32,000 bases of DNA from Candidatus Saccharimonadota bacterium (lineage in GTDB: Bacteria > Patescibacteriota > Gracilibacteria > UBA1369 > 2-02-FULL-48-14): positions 360,001 to 392,000 of the forward strand of contig OZ246396.1 in assembly GCA_965230905.1 (NCBI GenBank), read 5' to 3'. The position numbers and the translations under genes were made by a program. Positions 1 to 9,438 of this stretch are shown piece by piece (position 1 is the stretch's first letter; each line of letters opens with the position of its first letter). The notes under the pieces were generated by a model that searched no databases, was not told the origin of the DNA, and saw only the letters and a list, made by a program, of their open reading frames with translations.

Positions 1-752
1 GAATGAGTTTTTGGATAGTCAATTCCATAATACATTTTTAGTATTTGCACTTCTCTTTTATCTAGACCGGAGCTGCGAGTTAAATACCTTTGATGAATCA
101 GCTCATTAGGATCCTCTTCCTCTTCAATCAGTCTTGCGAGGGCGTCCCCTGCTTCAGTATCTTGCACCTGTCCCTCCAGCTGCTTGCCCGAGTCGTGATC
201 AAGCTGTGGACTCAACGATGCCAGCGGCGCATTGAGCATGTGGAGGCCTTCTATTTTTTCAATTGAGGTCTCAAGGAAACTTGCTATTTCTGTACTGCTC
301 AATTCTTGACCCGAACTTTTCGAAGCTTCAGCATTCAGGTTACGTACTTTTCTAAGCAAACTTCTATCCCGACCAGACGTCTTGAGTAGGCGTATATTTT
401 TAGCGATGTAGTCCAGGATCATCTGGTCGATCCACCATTTGGCGTAGCTTGAAAATTTAATCCCACGGGTGGGGTCAAACTTTTCTGCCGCCTTTATCAA
501 TCCGAGCACCCCTTCTTGAATGAGGTCTTCCTTGAACTCTAAAGTATAGTGGTAGCTGTTTACACGTTTATAAACCATACGCAGATGATCTTTGACCAAG
601 GCCTGTTGATTCAATTCACTAGCTGCTTTCATTTTTCCTTTCACTTCTTTCCTAAAGTCGTCGACCTCAGTGCTGATTCTTTCGGGAGACTTTAAAGACA
701 GCGCTGGCTTCGCATTAAGCAAATCTGGAGGTTTATTTGTCGTTTCGGTCAT
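1..752 (-). CDS. Sigma-70 family RNA polymerase sigma factor (3' end cut by window edge)
   Basis: Not in the ORF track because it runs off the window. Manual translation of the minus strand from ATG 752..750 gives an uninterrupted ~250-codon frame: [12 protein letters not shown]...[37 protein letters not shown] (sigma-70 region 2)...[15 protein letters not shown] (region 4). Its ATG overlaps the upstream gene's TGA (ATGA at 749-752). Confidence 0.8.
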   Translation of the reverse strand, partial: MTETTNKPPDLLNAKPALSLKSPERISTEVDDFRKEVKGKMKAASELNQQALVKDHLRMVYKRVNSYHYTLEFKEDLIQEGVLGLIKAAEKFDPTRGIKFSSYAKWWIDQMILDYIAKNIRLLKTSGRDRSLLRKVRNLNAEASKSSGQELSSTEIASFLETSIEKIEGLHMLNAPLASLSPQLDHDSGKQLEGQVQDTEAGDALARLIEEEEDPNELIHQRYLTRSSGLDKREVQILKMYYGIDYPKTH

Positions 753-1615
753 GAATTATTTAATGGATTGAGTTTATTGCGCTTCTGGATTCTTTTAATT
801 GCTTTGAGCTCTATTTGACGAATCCTTTCGCGCGTGAGGCCAATTTCTTTACCTATTGCTTCCAAACCCATCCCATCGGTTCCTTCGAGTCCGTACCTCA
901 ATTCAATTACTCTTCTTTCTCTAGGATTGAGTAGATGAAGGTATCCATTAATTTGTGCAAGTTCATCCGCTTTAAGTAGAGGTGCTTCCGTATCTGCACT
1001 GGTATCTGGAATAAATTCTCCAACGGTGGCTGCATTGTCTTCACTCGCTGGTGCGTCCAAAGAGCTAGGATCTTTGGCAACGTTGAGAAGCTTCTGTAGT
1101 TCATATGGATCTATATCCATTATTGCTGCTATTTCATCAATGGTCGGTTCTCGCCCATGTTGCTGGGAAAATTCCTTTGAGAATTTTCGGAAATGATTCA
1201 AATCCTCTAGTTTATAGATTGGAATATGTATGGTGCGCCCATTGCTTTCTACGGCTCTGATGATCGCTTGTTGAATCCACCAAGTGGCATAAGTTGAAAA
1301 CTTGAATCCTCGCGAGTGGTCAAACTTATCAACGCCCTTCATAAGACCGATGTTTCCCTCCTGGATCAGGTCTTCTAAGCGAACGCCTCGGTAGAGGTAC
1401 TTTTTGGCTATGCTCACCACTAAGCGGAGGTTTGCCTTGACCATATAATCACGGGCCAGGATTGCATCGGGGCCTCCATCATCTATACGTTTAGCCACTT
1501 CATATTCATCGGCACGGCTCAATAAAGGAGTCTTCTCTATCTCTTTGAAATATTTGCTGAGGAGAAGAGGCTCGTTAGCCCGCTCTTCCGGATGACAGTT
1601 AGTGCTTTTTTCCAC
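749..1615 (-). CDS. rpoD: RNA polymerase sigma factor, RpoD/SigA-like short form (288 aa)
   Basis: Region 1.2-like [20 protein letters not shown]. Region 2 [13 protein letters not shown]...[40 protein letters not shown]. Region 3 RTIHIPIY. Region 4 [15 protein letters not shown]...TRERIRQIE. Confidence 0.9.
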   Translation of the reverse strand: MEKSTNCHPEERANEPLLLSKYFKEIEKTPLLSRADEYEVAKRIDDGGPDAILARDYMVKANLRLVVSIAKKYLYRGVRLEDLIQEGNIGLMKGVDKFDHSRGFKFSTYATWWIQQAIIRAVESNGRTIHIPIYKLEDLNHFRKFSKEFSQQHGREPTIDEIAAIMDIDPYELQKLLNVAKDPSSLDAPASEDNAATVGEFIPDTSADTEAPLLKADELAQINGYLHLLNPRERRVIELRYGLEGTDGMGLEAIGKEIGLTRERIRQIELKAIKRIQKRNKLNPLNNS

Positions 1616-1664
1616 CGTTTGCTTTTGTTGTATAGTACACCTTTTTATCTTAAATTACCTGGGA

Positions 1665-1693
1665 TTGCAAGTTCTCGCTTTTTCTGCTATAAT
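1665..1693 (+). promoter_or_regulatory. Sigma-70-type promoter candidate for the L,D-transpeptidase gene
   Basis: TTGCAA (1665-1670), 17-nt spacer, TATAAT (1688-1693). It lies 25 nt upstream of ATG 1719. Confidence 0.55.
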
Positions 1694-1718
1694 TTTCTGA
1701 ATACAAAAACAAAAGCCC

Positions 1719-2843
1719 ATGATCTCTCGAAATACTCTACGCCGTCCTATTCTTACGATGTTCTTTGCCTCACTGACCTTTATGGTCACCTTGCTGGTGG
1801 GACTTTTGAGTAATCAACACATTCAAGCGTCGCTGTTTGGTAAGCCGATTACGGCGCTGAGCGGTGTCTACTTTGACAACGTTATGCGTGTGGACCCGGA
1901 GGCTTATGGCGAAGGGAATAATATGGATAATGTGGTGCTGGGAAAATATGGAGAATGGTCTTATTGCCAATACGATTTGCCCGAAGTTCCTGAATATAAG
2001 GTGGAACTGAGCAAGGTAGAAGTGGAAGAAAACATTCAACCCGGACAAGTGTTTAGCGTGAGCATGAGCTTTGTAAACGCAGGAAATACTCGGTTGTTTG
2101 CCGAAGATTCCGACTGTTTCGGACTCCCTGCTCTCAACGTGGGAACTCAAAAAGAACAGGATCGTGAGAGTGTGTTTGGAAGCAGTGACGCCGCCGTAAC
2201 AGGTTGGATTCGTCCAAACCGCGTGCTTATGGTGGAAGATTATGTGGAACCGAACGAAGTGTTCCATGTGGATTTCCAGAGCATTGCTCCAGAAGGAGAT
2301 AACGTTTACCGAGAATTTTTTCAGCCTGTGATTGAAGGACAAGCCTGGCTCGACGAGAGCTTTGGAGTGGACATCAGCGTGGGCGCGCCTAGTGACGAGA
2401 TGAAAGACGACATTTCCTTTGTGACCGACCTTTCTATTGATGCGGCGCAACTGGCCAACCTGACTCGTAACTTGGAAATCGACCTAGCTAACCAAATGAT
2501 GTACGCCAAATTCGGGGAGCTTACCGTGTGGAGCATGCAAGTTTCCAGCGGAGCCTACGCCACCCCAACACCTCGTGGAACTTACAAAATTTTGACTAAA
2601 CAAGAGCTTCGTATTGGACAAGCTTATCCGCACTACCGCATGCCGTACTTCCAACTCTGGGATTACCGTGGGTATGGAATCCACGCCTTGCCTTACTTGG
2701 CAACGGATGGAGGAACTTTCTGGACGGAAGCGCTGAGCCACATCGGCCGACCGGTGAGCCACGGATGTATCCGTACGCTGCCAGACGATGCTGAAACGGT
2801 GTACAAATTCACCTATATTGGAACGCAGCTGGTGGTTTATTAA
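1719..2843 (+). CDS. L,D-transpeptidase (YkuD domain) with N-terminal membrane anchor
   Basis: N-terminal hydrophobic segment FFASLTFMVTLLVGLL. C-terminal YkuD catalytic region GYGIHALPY...HIGRPVSHGCIRT, which contains the conserved H-G-C motif. Confidence 0.85.
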   Translation: MISRNTLRRPILTMFFASLTFMVTLLVGLLSNQHIQASLFGKPITALSGVYFDNVMRVDPEAYGEGNNMDNVVLGKYGEWSYCQYDLPEVPEYKVELSKVEVEENIQPGQVFSVSMSFVNAGNTRLFAEDSDCFGLPALNVGTQKEQDRESVFGSSDAAVTGWIRPNRVLMVEDYVEPNEVFHVDFQSIAPEGDNVYREFFQPVIEGQAWLDESFGVDISVGAPSDEMKDDISFVTDLSIDAAQLANLTRNLEIDLANQMMYAKFGELTVWSMQVSSGAYATPTPRGTYKILTKQELRIGQAYPHYRMPYFQLWDYRGYGIHALPYLATDGGTFWTEALSHIGRPVSHGCIRTLPDDAETVYKFTYIGTQLVVY

Positions 2844-4084
2844 AGTTTCTTTAAACGAACCTTTAGAATAGTGTTGCGCAGCATTTGCGTAACTGTGAAT
2901 TGCCAGTTTTCCATGAGTACGGTTTCGCCTTCGTGCGGCAGGTAGCCGAGTTCTTCGATGATGAAGAAGCTGACGGTTTTGTAGCCGGGGTGTTCGAATT
3001 TCACTTTCATGATTTTGGTGAGGTCGTCGAGTTCCACGCGGCCGCTGAGTTCATATTCGTGCTCGGAGATTTTTTTCACATGTTCTTCCTCTAAATCCTG
3101 CTCGTCTTCAATGTCGCCCACCAGTTCTTCCAAAAGATCTTCCATGGTCACAATTCCCAAGGTGCCGCCGTGTTCGTCGAGCACAATGGCCATGTGCATG
3201 CGCTTCTTTTTGAACTGACGGAAAAGTTCCTGCACCTTCATGGTGCTCGGCACTTTAAGCGGCGTGAGCAGGTTGATTTGGCGAAGACTGGTGTGCTCGG
3301 GATCTTCTTGCGTGTGGTATTGCTTAAGGAGTTCCTTGAGCGACAAAATGCCCACGATGTGGTCGATGTTCTCGCGGTAAATGGGGATGCGGGTGTGGGT
3401 GTGGTTCACGGCGAATTCGGTGGCTTCGTCCAGCTTGAAGGTTTCGGGAATCGCGTCTACGTGGACACGCGGGGTCATGATTCCTTCCACAGGAATGTCG
3501 TTGAATTCCAGTGCGTTTTCGATGAGGGCGAGTTCGTGTTCGTCGATGCTGCCTTCTTCGGCGCCAATGGAGGCCATGGCGATGAGCTCTTCATCGGTGA
3601 CTTGGTTCTGTTTGGAAGATCCAAAGAGGCCCAAGATGAAATTGATGAGGTGGTCTAAAATCCACACCAGCGGCGTTAAAATCCAAACAAAAAGTCGAAT
3701 GGGCGGTGCGAGGAAAAGTCCCACTTTTTGCGCGTGGACGCTGGCCAAAGATTTGGGAAGCGCTTCGCCAAAAATAAGGCTTATAATCGTGAGCACTCCG
3801 GAAACAATTCCCAAATAAATGGAGTCGAATTTTTCTGCCACCAAGATGGTTGCCACGGCGGCCGCCAGGGTATCTACGAATTGATTTCCAAATAAGACCG
3901 CAATCAGGGTGCGGTGGTAGTTCTTTTTAAGCCAGTCCAGTTGCTGAGCGCCCGGTTTTTTCTCTTCGACTAAAGTGCGGACCTTGGCCGGTGACAAAGA
4001 ATTGATTGCCGTTTCAGCAGCCGCAAAGAATGCGGAGAGGAGAACGAATAGTACGATGAGGCCTATGCCTAAGGCAGGGTCCAA
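2840..4084 (-). CDS. CNNM/DUF21 - CBS pair - CorC_HlyC family membrane protein (hemolysin / divalent-cation efflux-like)
   Basis: N-terminal multi-TM DUF21-like region (AAAETAINSLS). CBS-pair region (IMTPRVHVDAI...HTRIPIY...IVGILSLKELL). C-terminal CorC_HlyC-like region (MAIVLDEHGGTLGIVTMEDLLEELVGDI). Confidence 0.85.
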   Translation of the reverse strand: MDPALGIGLIVLFVLLSAFFAAAETAINSLSPAKVRTLVEEKKPGAQQLDWLKKNYHRTLIAVLFGNQFVDTLAAAVATILVAEKFDSIYLGIVSGVLTIISLIFGEALPKSLASVHAQKVGLFLAPPIRLFVWILTPLVWILDHLINFILGLFGSSKQNQVTDEELIAMASIGAEEGSIDEHELALIENALEFNDIPVEGIMTPRVHVDAIPETFKLDEATEFAVNHTHTRIPIYRENIDHIVGILSLKELLKQYHTQEDPEHTSLRQINLLTPLKVPSTMKVQELFRQFKKKRMHMAIVLDEHGGTLGIVTMEDLLEELVGDIEDEQDLEEEHVKKISEHEYELSGRVELDDLTKIMKVKFEHPGYKTVSFFIIEELGYLPHEGETVLMENWQFTVTQMLRNTILKVRLKKL

Positions 4085-4121
4085 GTGGTGATTTAAAAAA
4101 CAAAGTGAAGTCTAACACCTT

Positions 4122-4150
4122 TTGACCCGCTTTCACAAGTGGCTTATAGT
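4122..4150 (+). promoter_or_regulatory. Sigma-70-type promoter candidate for argS
   Basis: TTGACC (4122-4127), 17-nt spacer, TATAGT (4145-4150). The ORF-track GTG start at 4139 lies inside this spacer. Confidence 0.45.
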
Positions 4151-4156
4151 TCGCAC

Positions 4157-5875
4157 ATGAAAATCATGTCTCAAGAGCTCAAAGTGCTTTTCGCCCAGGC
4201 AACGCTGGCGGCTTTTCCGGACCTGACGCACGAGGAGGCGCTTGCGTGCACGGGAGTGGAAGAACCTAAGAACAAGGAGCACGGCGATTACGCCTGTAGC
4301 GCGGCCTTTAAACTCAGCAAGCGATTCAATGAAAATCCGCGGACGGTGGCCGATAAAATCATCAAGCACTTTCCAAAAGATTACCGTGTGGAATCGCTGG
4401 AATTTGCGGCGCCCGGGTTTATAAATTTGCGACTGAGCGACGAATTTTTGGCGGAGGCGCTTAAGCAACTTGAAGATGGATTCAGCGTGGAGCAGGGCCA
4501 GCATCACGACCGGCCTGTGATTGTGGAATATTGCGCGACGAATGCGGCCAAACACATGGGCGTGCACCATATTTTGTCGACGGTGATTGGAGATGTGCTG
4601 GCGAATTTATTTGATTTCATGGGGAACGAAGTCGTACGCATCAACCACTTGGGCGACTGGGGAATGAATTTTGCGAAATTGATTTACGCCATGGAAGTGT
4701 GGGGCGATATGAAGGAAATCCACAAAAATCCCAACGGCGAATTCACGCGGCTTTATGTGAAATTCCACGAGGAAGAAGAAAAGAATCCCGAGCTTTTGGA
4801 AGAAGCACATAAGATTTTTAAATCGATTGAAGAGGGGGACGAAAAACGGCTGGAACTCTGGAAGTGGATTGTGCACGAGAGCTTGGAGGATTTGAAAAAA
4901 ATGTTCGTGCGACTGGGCACGGAATTTGACCACATCACGGGCGAAAGTTTTTATTTAAAAATGGCGGAGGAAGTTTTGACGGAAGGAAAGAAGAAGGGCC
5001 TGTTTGTGGAGGGCGAAAAGGGCGCGCTGATTTTTGACATGGGCGAAGGCAAGACGCCGGCACTGATCCAAAAAGGTGACGGCACGACTTTGTATTTAAC
5101 GCGCGACGTAGCTACCGTGAAGTATAGGGTGGAAACGTGGCATCCCGAGGCGATTTTGTACGTGGTGGACACGGCGCAGTCGCTGCATTTTGTGCAAGAT
5201 TTTACCGTGGCGAAGGCACTGGGCTACGCAGAAGATACTCAGCTCGAACATATTTCATTTGGCCGCATGAGTTTTGCGGACACCGCTATGAGCAGCCGAA
5301 AAGGAAATGTGATTCGCCTCGAGTTTTTGCTGGATGAAGCGGTGAAGCGAGCGGGGGAACTTTCCGCTGAGCGCGGCACGGAACTGCCCCGCGAGCAGTA
5401 TGCACAGTTGGCGGAAATTGTGGGCGTGGCCAGCGTGAAATACGCCATTCTTTCGCAGGATCGAAACAAGGACATTGTGTTTGATTGGAATAAAATCATC
5501 ACGCTGGAAGGAAACTCCGCGCCGTACTTGCTGTACTCGTACGCGCGCTCACGCAGCATCATTGAAAAAGTGGGTGACATGGCGCTGAGCGGCATGCCCG
5601 TTTTCAGCAAAGACTCCGAAAAAAACATCGTGCGACAACTTCTCAAATTCCCCGATGCACTCGACCGAGCGCTGCACGAACGCAAGCCGCACATCGTGTG
5701 CACGGCGCTCTACGAAATGTGCCAGGAATTCAATCGCTTCTACGGAACCACTTCCGTGGCCGGCGCCGACACCGAGGCTCAAAAACGCACGCGGCTCGGC
5801 GTGGTGAATGCTTTTATGTACGCGCTCAAATCCGGCCTCACGGTTTTGGGGATTCCGACTCTGGAGCGGATGTAG
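4157..5875 (+). CDS. argS: Arginine--tRNA ligase
   Basis: The frame is open from 4139. I prefer ATG 4157 (or 4166) because of the promoter just upstream. Class I signature region CATNAAKHMGVHHILSTVIGD. KMSKS-equivalent MSSRKG. Anticodon-binding region NSAPYLLYSYARSRSI. Confidence 0.9.
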   Translation: MKIMSQELKVLFAQATLAAFPDLTHEEALACTGVEEPKNKEHGDYACSAAFKLSKRFNENPRTVADKIIKHFPKDYRVESLEFAAPGFINLRLSDEFLAEALKQLEDGFSVEQGQHHDRPVIVEYCATNAAKHMGVHHILSTVIGDVLANLFDFMGNEVVRINHLGDWGMNFAKLIYAMEVWGDMKEIHKNPNGEFTRLYVKFHEEEEKNPELLEEAHKIFKSIEEGDEKRLELWKWIVHESLEDLKKMFVRLGTEFDHITGESFYLKMAEEVLTEGKKKGLFVEGEKGALIFDMGEGKTPALIQKGDGTTLYLTRDVATVKYRVETWHPEAILYVVDTAQSLHFVQDFTVAKALGYAEDTQLEHISFGRMSFADTAMSSRKGNVIRLEFLLDEAVKRAGELSAERGTELPREQYAQLAEIVGVASVKYAILSQDRNKDIVFDWNKIITLEGNSAPYLLYSYARSRSIIEKVGDMALSGMPVFSKDSEKNIVRQLLKFPDALDRALHERKPHIVCTALYEMCQEFNRFYGTTSVAGADTEAQKRTRLGVVNAFMYALKSGLTVLGIPTLERM

Positions 5876-6512
5876 CCCATGGAAAATCTTTTTGAACGGC
5901 TAGGGTCAGCTCCCTTTTGACATCGGCCTTGAGCTCTTCTTTGTCGGCTTCGCTCACTGTCGTGAGGCGGGCAGATAAAGTAGCGAACTCTTCTTGTTTA
6001 TCTTGGAGCTCTGTATAGGTTTTTAAAATGGCACGCCATTTAGGACCGAGCACAGGATCGGACTCCACGTTGCGAGAAATTTCTTCTACCGTTTTGTCTA
6101 AACTGGTGTCGCCTGAACTCATCCATTCCACCGCATCCTTTTTGAATCCGTTCCACAGAGTGCTCGCACCCATTTTCACTCCATCCCATGTTGTCCCTTT
6201 GGCTTTCACTTCGTTTAAAAATTCTCCCGTTTGTGCAATGATTTGCAGAATGAGCGGCTTCACAGATCCCCAAAACGCTCCAAGTTCTGCAGTGCGTTCC
6301 CCAAGCTCGCGAGACGCGACATCTACCATAACTCCAGGCGCTACTTCAGCTGCTTTTCCTGCACCATAACCAAACCCCATCACCGACCCAACGGCTCCTC
6401 CCACTCCTAGTCCACCCACAAGTCCAGCAGAAGATCCTACTAGCAGGCCACGACGAGATATTCCTTGTGGAGCAGGTATAGCGTCTTCCGGTTCTGAATC
6501 TCTTTCAGCCAT
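5838..6512 (-). CDS. Hypothetical membrane-associated protein (Tat-like RR motif plus glycine-zipper segment)
   Basis: 224-aa ORF. N-terminus ISRRGLLVGSSAGLVGGLGVGGAVGSVMGFGYGAG. The remainder looks helical. It is a paralog of the next ORF. Its 3' end overlaps the argS 3' end by 38 nt (convergent). Confidence 0.55.
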   Translation of the reverse strand: MAERDSEPEDAIPAPQGISRRGLLVGSSAGLVGGLGVGGAVGSVMGFGYGAGKAAEVAPGVMVDVASRELGERTAELGAFWGSVKPLILQIIAQTGEFLNEVKAKGTTWDGVKMGASTLWNGFKKDAVEWMSSGDTSLDKTVEEISRNVESDPVLGPKWRAILKTYTELQDKQEEFATLSARLTTVSEADKEELKADVKRELTLAVQKDFPWATSAPESESPKP

Positions 6513-6536
6513 AAGTTATGAGTTAGAATTACGAAA

Positions 6537-7016
6537 TTATAAATCTTTTTTACCCTTCAGTCTAGCCATCAAGTCGCTGAGGTCTTTTTGGATTTCGGCT
6601 TTCACCCCACTCCACACCGCGCTCACCACCTGTTTTTGGGCGATTTCTTTCACGTGGGCCAGGGCTTCGTCGGTCTTGAGTTTGGCGAAATGGAAGCTGA
6701 TTTTCACATTCTCCCAAGGCTCTTGCAGCTCGGGATGTTTGAGCACAATCGCAGACAAATCTTTGTCCAAGTGCGTCACGAGTTTGTCCGGCGTCCAGTT
6801 GTGCTGTGTGATCATTTCTTGCAAATCTTTTAGGAGCCCCAGCCCGCCGGAAGTCACCAATTTTAGCCCGTCGCGCCAGGAATCTGGGCGAACAACCTGG
6901 CTCAAAAAAGCCTTAAAATCCTGACGAAATTGTTCCGCCGCCTGACCCGCATCCAAGACTGCGCTTTTGGCGACTTCTTTGCTTTCTTCCAGGTTGGCGG
7001 GAACGGCAGGTTCCAT
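6537..7016 (-). CDS. Hypothetical protein, paralog of 5838-6512
   Basis: 159-aa ORF. It aligns by eye with the C-terminal part of the neighbour: FLSQVV..SWRDGLKL...LKDLQEM...TPDKLV...HPELQEPW versus FLNEVK..TWDGVKM...FKKDAVEW...SLDKTV...DPVLGPKW. Confidence 0.55.
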   Translation of the reverse strand: MEPAVPANLEESKEVAKSAVLDAGQAAEQFRQDFKAFLSQVVRPDSWRDGLKLVTSGGLGLLKDLQEMITQHNWTPDKLVTHLDKDLSAIVLKHPELQEPWENVKISFHFAKLKTDEALAHVKEIAQKQVVSAVWSGVKAEIQKDLSDLMARLKGKKDL

Positions 7017-7129
7017 AGATTTAATTATCAGATCATTATAGCACAGTTTTCAGGTTAGGGGAAGAATCGCTTGCCCTGAATAAGCGAAATGCATAAACTG
7101 GGGTGGCTCTTTTCAATTTAGGGCTTAGT

Positions 7130-7223
7130 GGAGAGGTGGCCGAGTGGCCGAAGGCGGCGGTTTGCTAAACCGTTATACGGGGTAATACTCGTATCGAGGG
7201 TTCGACTCCCTCCCTCTCCGCCA
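7130..7223 (+). tRNA. tRNA-Ser (anticodon GCU), CCA encoded
   Basis: Acceptor GGAGAGG/CCTCTCC. Anticodon stem GCGGT/ACCGT with loop TTGCTAA (anticodon GCT). Long variable arm, T-loop GGTTCGACTCC, discriminator G, then CCA. Confidence 0.9.
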
Positions 7224-7236
7224 TTAAAAATCGCGT

Positions 7237-7656
7237 ATGAAGATTTCACTCACACGTATTTCGCCGACCCATCATCGCCTGGTGTGCGTGCGCACAGACG
7301 GCAGCCAGGAGAATGTGGAGTTGGACACTAAAAGTTTCCTTTTTCATGATTTGCTGCACTTTGCGGCTGAGGAAGCGGCGGGTATTCAAGGTGGGTTTTG
7401 GGGAAATTTGGCGAGTGGCAAAACTATGGCAGAGATGAATATGAAGGGAGCATTGATGGGTGCTTTTACGCCGCAGACTGAACTGGATTGCATGGAAATA
7501 GTGGTGGGCGCACTGACTGGAGCGTGGAAGGCACCTGAACGTGCTGGAAACATGCGCCAAGGGCTTCAAAGTATTTTTGATGCCTACGAAAAAACGCTGC
7601 CACCTTACATCACCGACGACTTTGCGTTTAAAGTTTGGGGAAAGCTTGGTGCTTGA
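7237..7656 (+). CDS. Hypothetical protein (139 aa)
   Basis: Clean ORF starting 14 nt after the tRNA. I recognise no family. Confidence 0.5.
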   Translation: MKISLTRISPTHHRLVCVRTDGSQENVELDTKSFLFHDLLHFAAEEAAGIQGGFWGNLASGKTMAEMNMKGALMGAFTPQTELDCMEIVVGALTGAWKAPERAGNMRQGLQSIFDAYEKTLPPYITDDFAFKVWGKLGA

Positions 7657-7741
7657 GTGGTGAAGCCGGCGAGTACGTTCTTGTTGAAGAGTGGGTGAAA
7701 CCAGAGTAAGTATTAAGTATAGTTTTTAACTCCACACGAAA

Positions 7742-8368
7742 ATGGATCTTATTCAACAGCTCAAGTGGCGCTACGCAACCAAGGTTTATGACCCTACAAA
7801 AAAGCTGACGGACGAACAGGTGGCGACTTTAAAAGACGTGCTGCAACTCTCCCCTTCTTCGTTTGGCCTGCAACCTTATAAATTTGTGCAGGTAAAAAAT
7901 GCGGATCTGCGAGCGAAGCTGCGTGAAGTTTCTTGGGGGCAGCCTCAAGTAACGGATGCGTCTGAGCTTTTTGTGCTTTGCCGTATTGATCAAATAGACG
8001 CCGCTTATGGAGAAAAATTCATTGAAATGACGGCTAAAATGCAGGGCGGAGACGTGGCCAATTATGCAGGTCTCAAGGGAATGATCATGGGTTTTGTGGA
8101 AGCACAAACGCCTGAAACCTTTGCGCCTTGGGCCGACAAACAGGTTTATCTAGCGCTTGGAAACTTACTGACCAGCTGCGCGGTGATGGGCATCGATGCC
8201 TCCCCTATGGAAGGTTTTGATAAGGCTAAATACGACGAAATCTTGGGATTGGCGGCTATGGGCCTGCACAGCGTGGTGATCTGCGCGGTGGGAATGCGTG
8301 GCGACGATAAGTATGCCGGCGCTAAGAAAGTTCGCTACTCGCAGGAGGAGCTATTCTTAAGCCTCTAA
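7742..8368 (+). CDS. Nitroreductase family NAD(P)H-flavin oxidoreductase
   Basis: 208 aa. N-terminal RYATKVYDPTKKLTDEQ, SSFGLQPYKF, and a C-terminal MEGFD motif typical of the NfsB/FRase-type nitroreductase fold. Confidence 0.8.
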   Translation: MDLIQQLKWRYATKVYDPTKKLTDEQVATLKDVLQLSPSSFGLQPYKFVQVKNADLRAKLREVSWGQPQVTDASELFVLCRIDQIDAAYGEKFIEMTAKMQGGDVANYAGLKGMIMGFVEAQTPETFAPWADKQVYLALGNLLTSCAVMGIDASPMEGFDKAKYDEILGLAAMGLHSVVICAVGMRGDDKYAGAKKVRYSQEELFLSL

Positions 8369-8388
8369 GGCTTGGAGAAGAGTTTGAT

Positions 8389-8416
8389 TTGACTTTGCAT
8401 AATTTTGCTGTACAAT
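8389..8416 (+). promoter_or_regulatory. Promoter candidate for the RRM protein gene (long 5' UTR)
   Basis: TTGACT (8389-8394), 16-nt spacer, TACAAT (8411-8416). This implies a leader of about 105 nt before ATG 8528. Confidence 0.4.
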
Positions 8417-8527
8417 TGGTGTTGTTGTATTTCCGTTCAGTAAAGCAAATGTCTTTAACACTTACGGCGGGTCGAATTACAGAAAGTATATCAAGTACTC
8501 TAATTTTGGCGTAAGCCAATCAATACT

Positions 8528-8815
8528 ATGCAAACTAAAAAACTATTCGTACGAAATCTTCCATTCAATGCAACGGAAGACAGCCTTAAAGATTTCTTCA
8601 TGCAGTTCGGTGCAGTTGAATCTGCAGTTATCATCAAAGACCGAGCAACTGGACGAAGCAAAGGTTTCGGATTCGTAGAAATGTCTACGATGGAAGAAGC
8701 TGAAGCAGCTGTTCAACAGATCGAAGAGGGTAAGATGGAAATGGGTGGACGACAAATCTTCGCTAACGAGGCACAACCTCGTGAAGAACGTCCTCGTCGT
8801 GACGATCGTTATTAA
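8528..8815 (+). CDS. RRM-type RNA-binding protein
   Basis: RNP-2 LFVRNLPF and RNP-1 KGFGFVEM. Short basic/acidic C-terminal tail. Confidence 0.9.
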   Translation: MQTKKLFVRNLPFNATEDSLKDFFMQFGAVESAVIIKDRATGRSKGFGFVEMSTMEEAEAAVQQIEEGKMEMGGRQIFANEAQPREERPRRDDRY

Positions 8816-8860
8816 TTGCTTAGCCTCCGCTTCACTGCGGCTTGCTAGCAACTTCTTAGA

Positions 8861-8889
8861 AGACAGGCTTTCGGGCCTGTCTTTTTTTG
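8861..8889 (+). terminator. Rho-independent terminator
   Basis: Stem AGACAGGC/GCCTGTCT with loop TTTCGG, followed by a T-run. Confidence 0.8.
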
Positions 8890-8921
8890 TGCTAAAATAG
8901 CGGTACATAACCCCCACGCCC

Positions 8922-9338
8922 ATGGATACTGTTACGCTTAATTTTGCTGCCATTTTGGTGGCCGCCGTTGTGAATATGGTGATCGGCGCGCTTTGGTATT
9001 CACCGCTGCTGTTTGGAAATATTTGGATGAAGGCCATGAAGTTCAGCACGAACGACATGAAAGCAGACAAGTACATGGGCGCACGCTACGCGGTGGCTTT
9101 TTTGATGGGGCTGATGATGATATTTGTACTGGCGCACTACATCGCCGCTTTTGAAGCAAATACGGCGTCTATGGGAGCGCAAGCCGCGTTCTGGCCATGG
9201 CTGGGATTCATGGTGCCTGTGCTGGCCGGAGATATTTTGTGGAACAACAAGCCAATCAGCGTTTTTGTGATCAATGCGTCGCACTACCTAGTAGCGCTTT
9301 TGGTGGCTGGTGTGATTTTGGCGGTTTGGCAGGCGTAG
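8922..9338 (+). CDS. DUF1761 family membrane protein
   Basis: N-terminal pattern LVAAVVNMVIGALWYSPLLFGNIWMKAM typical of DUF1761. Several hydrophobic segments. Confidence 0.75.
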   Translation: MDTVTLNFAAILVAAVVNMVIGALWYSPLLFGNIWMKAMKFSTNDMKADKYMGARYAVAFLMGLMMIFVLAHYIAAFEANTASMGAQAAFWPWLGFMVPVLAGDILWNNKPISVFVINASHYLVALLVAGVILAVWQA

Positions 9339-9364
9339 AATCAGGACAGATTTTTCAAACTGGC

Positions 9365-9397
9365 AAAGCCCTTTCGCTATCCGAGAGGGCTTTTTCA
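9365..9397 (+). terminator. Rho-independent terminator
   Basis: AAAGCCCTTTCG / CGAGAGGGCTTT stem (about 12 bp with one G-U pair) with loop CTATC, followed by TTT. Confidence 0.7.
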
Positions 9398-9438
9398 GAT
9401 ATAATGGGATCTGTTATTTTATCCTTAATTTACTTCCT

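Noticed and set aside
1770-2450. A 226-aa ORF lies antisense inside the L,D-transpeptidase gene. Similar shadow ORFs lie at 3170-3658, 3381-3818, 4133-4570, 5239-5703, 8543-9076, 10290-10754, 10770-11156, 26863-27600 and 30854-31468.
   Set aside because: Each lies fully within or opposite a gene with clear family motifs. Their translations are low-complexity or compositionally odd, with no recognisable motifs. I treat them as antisense frame artefacts.
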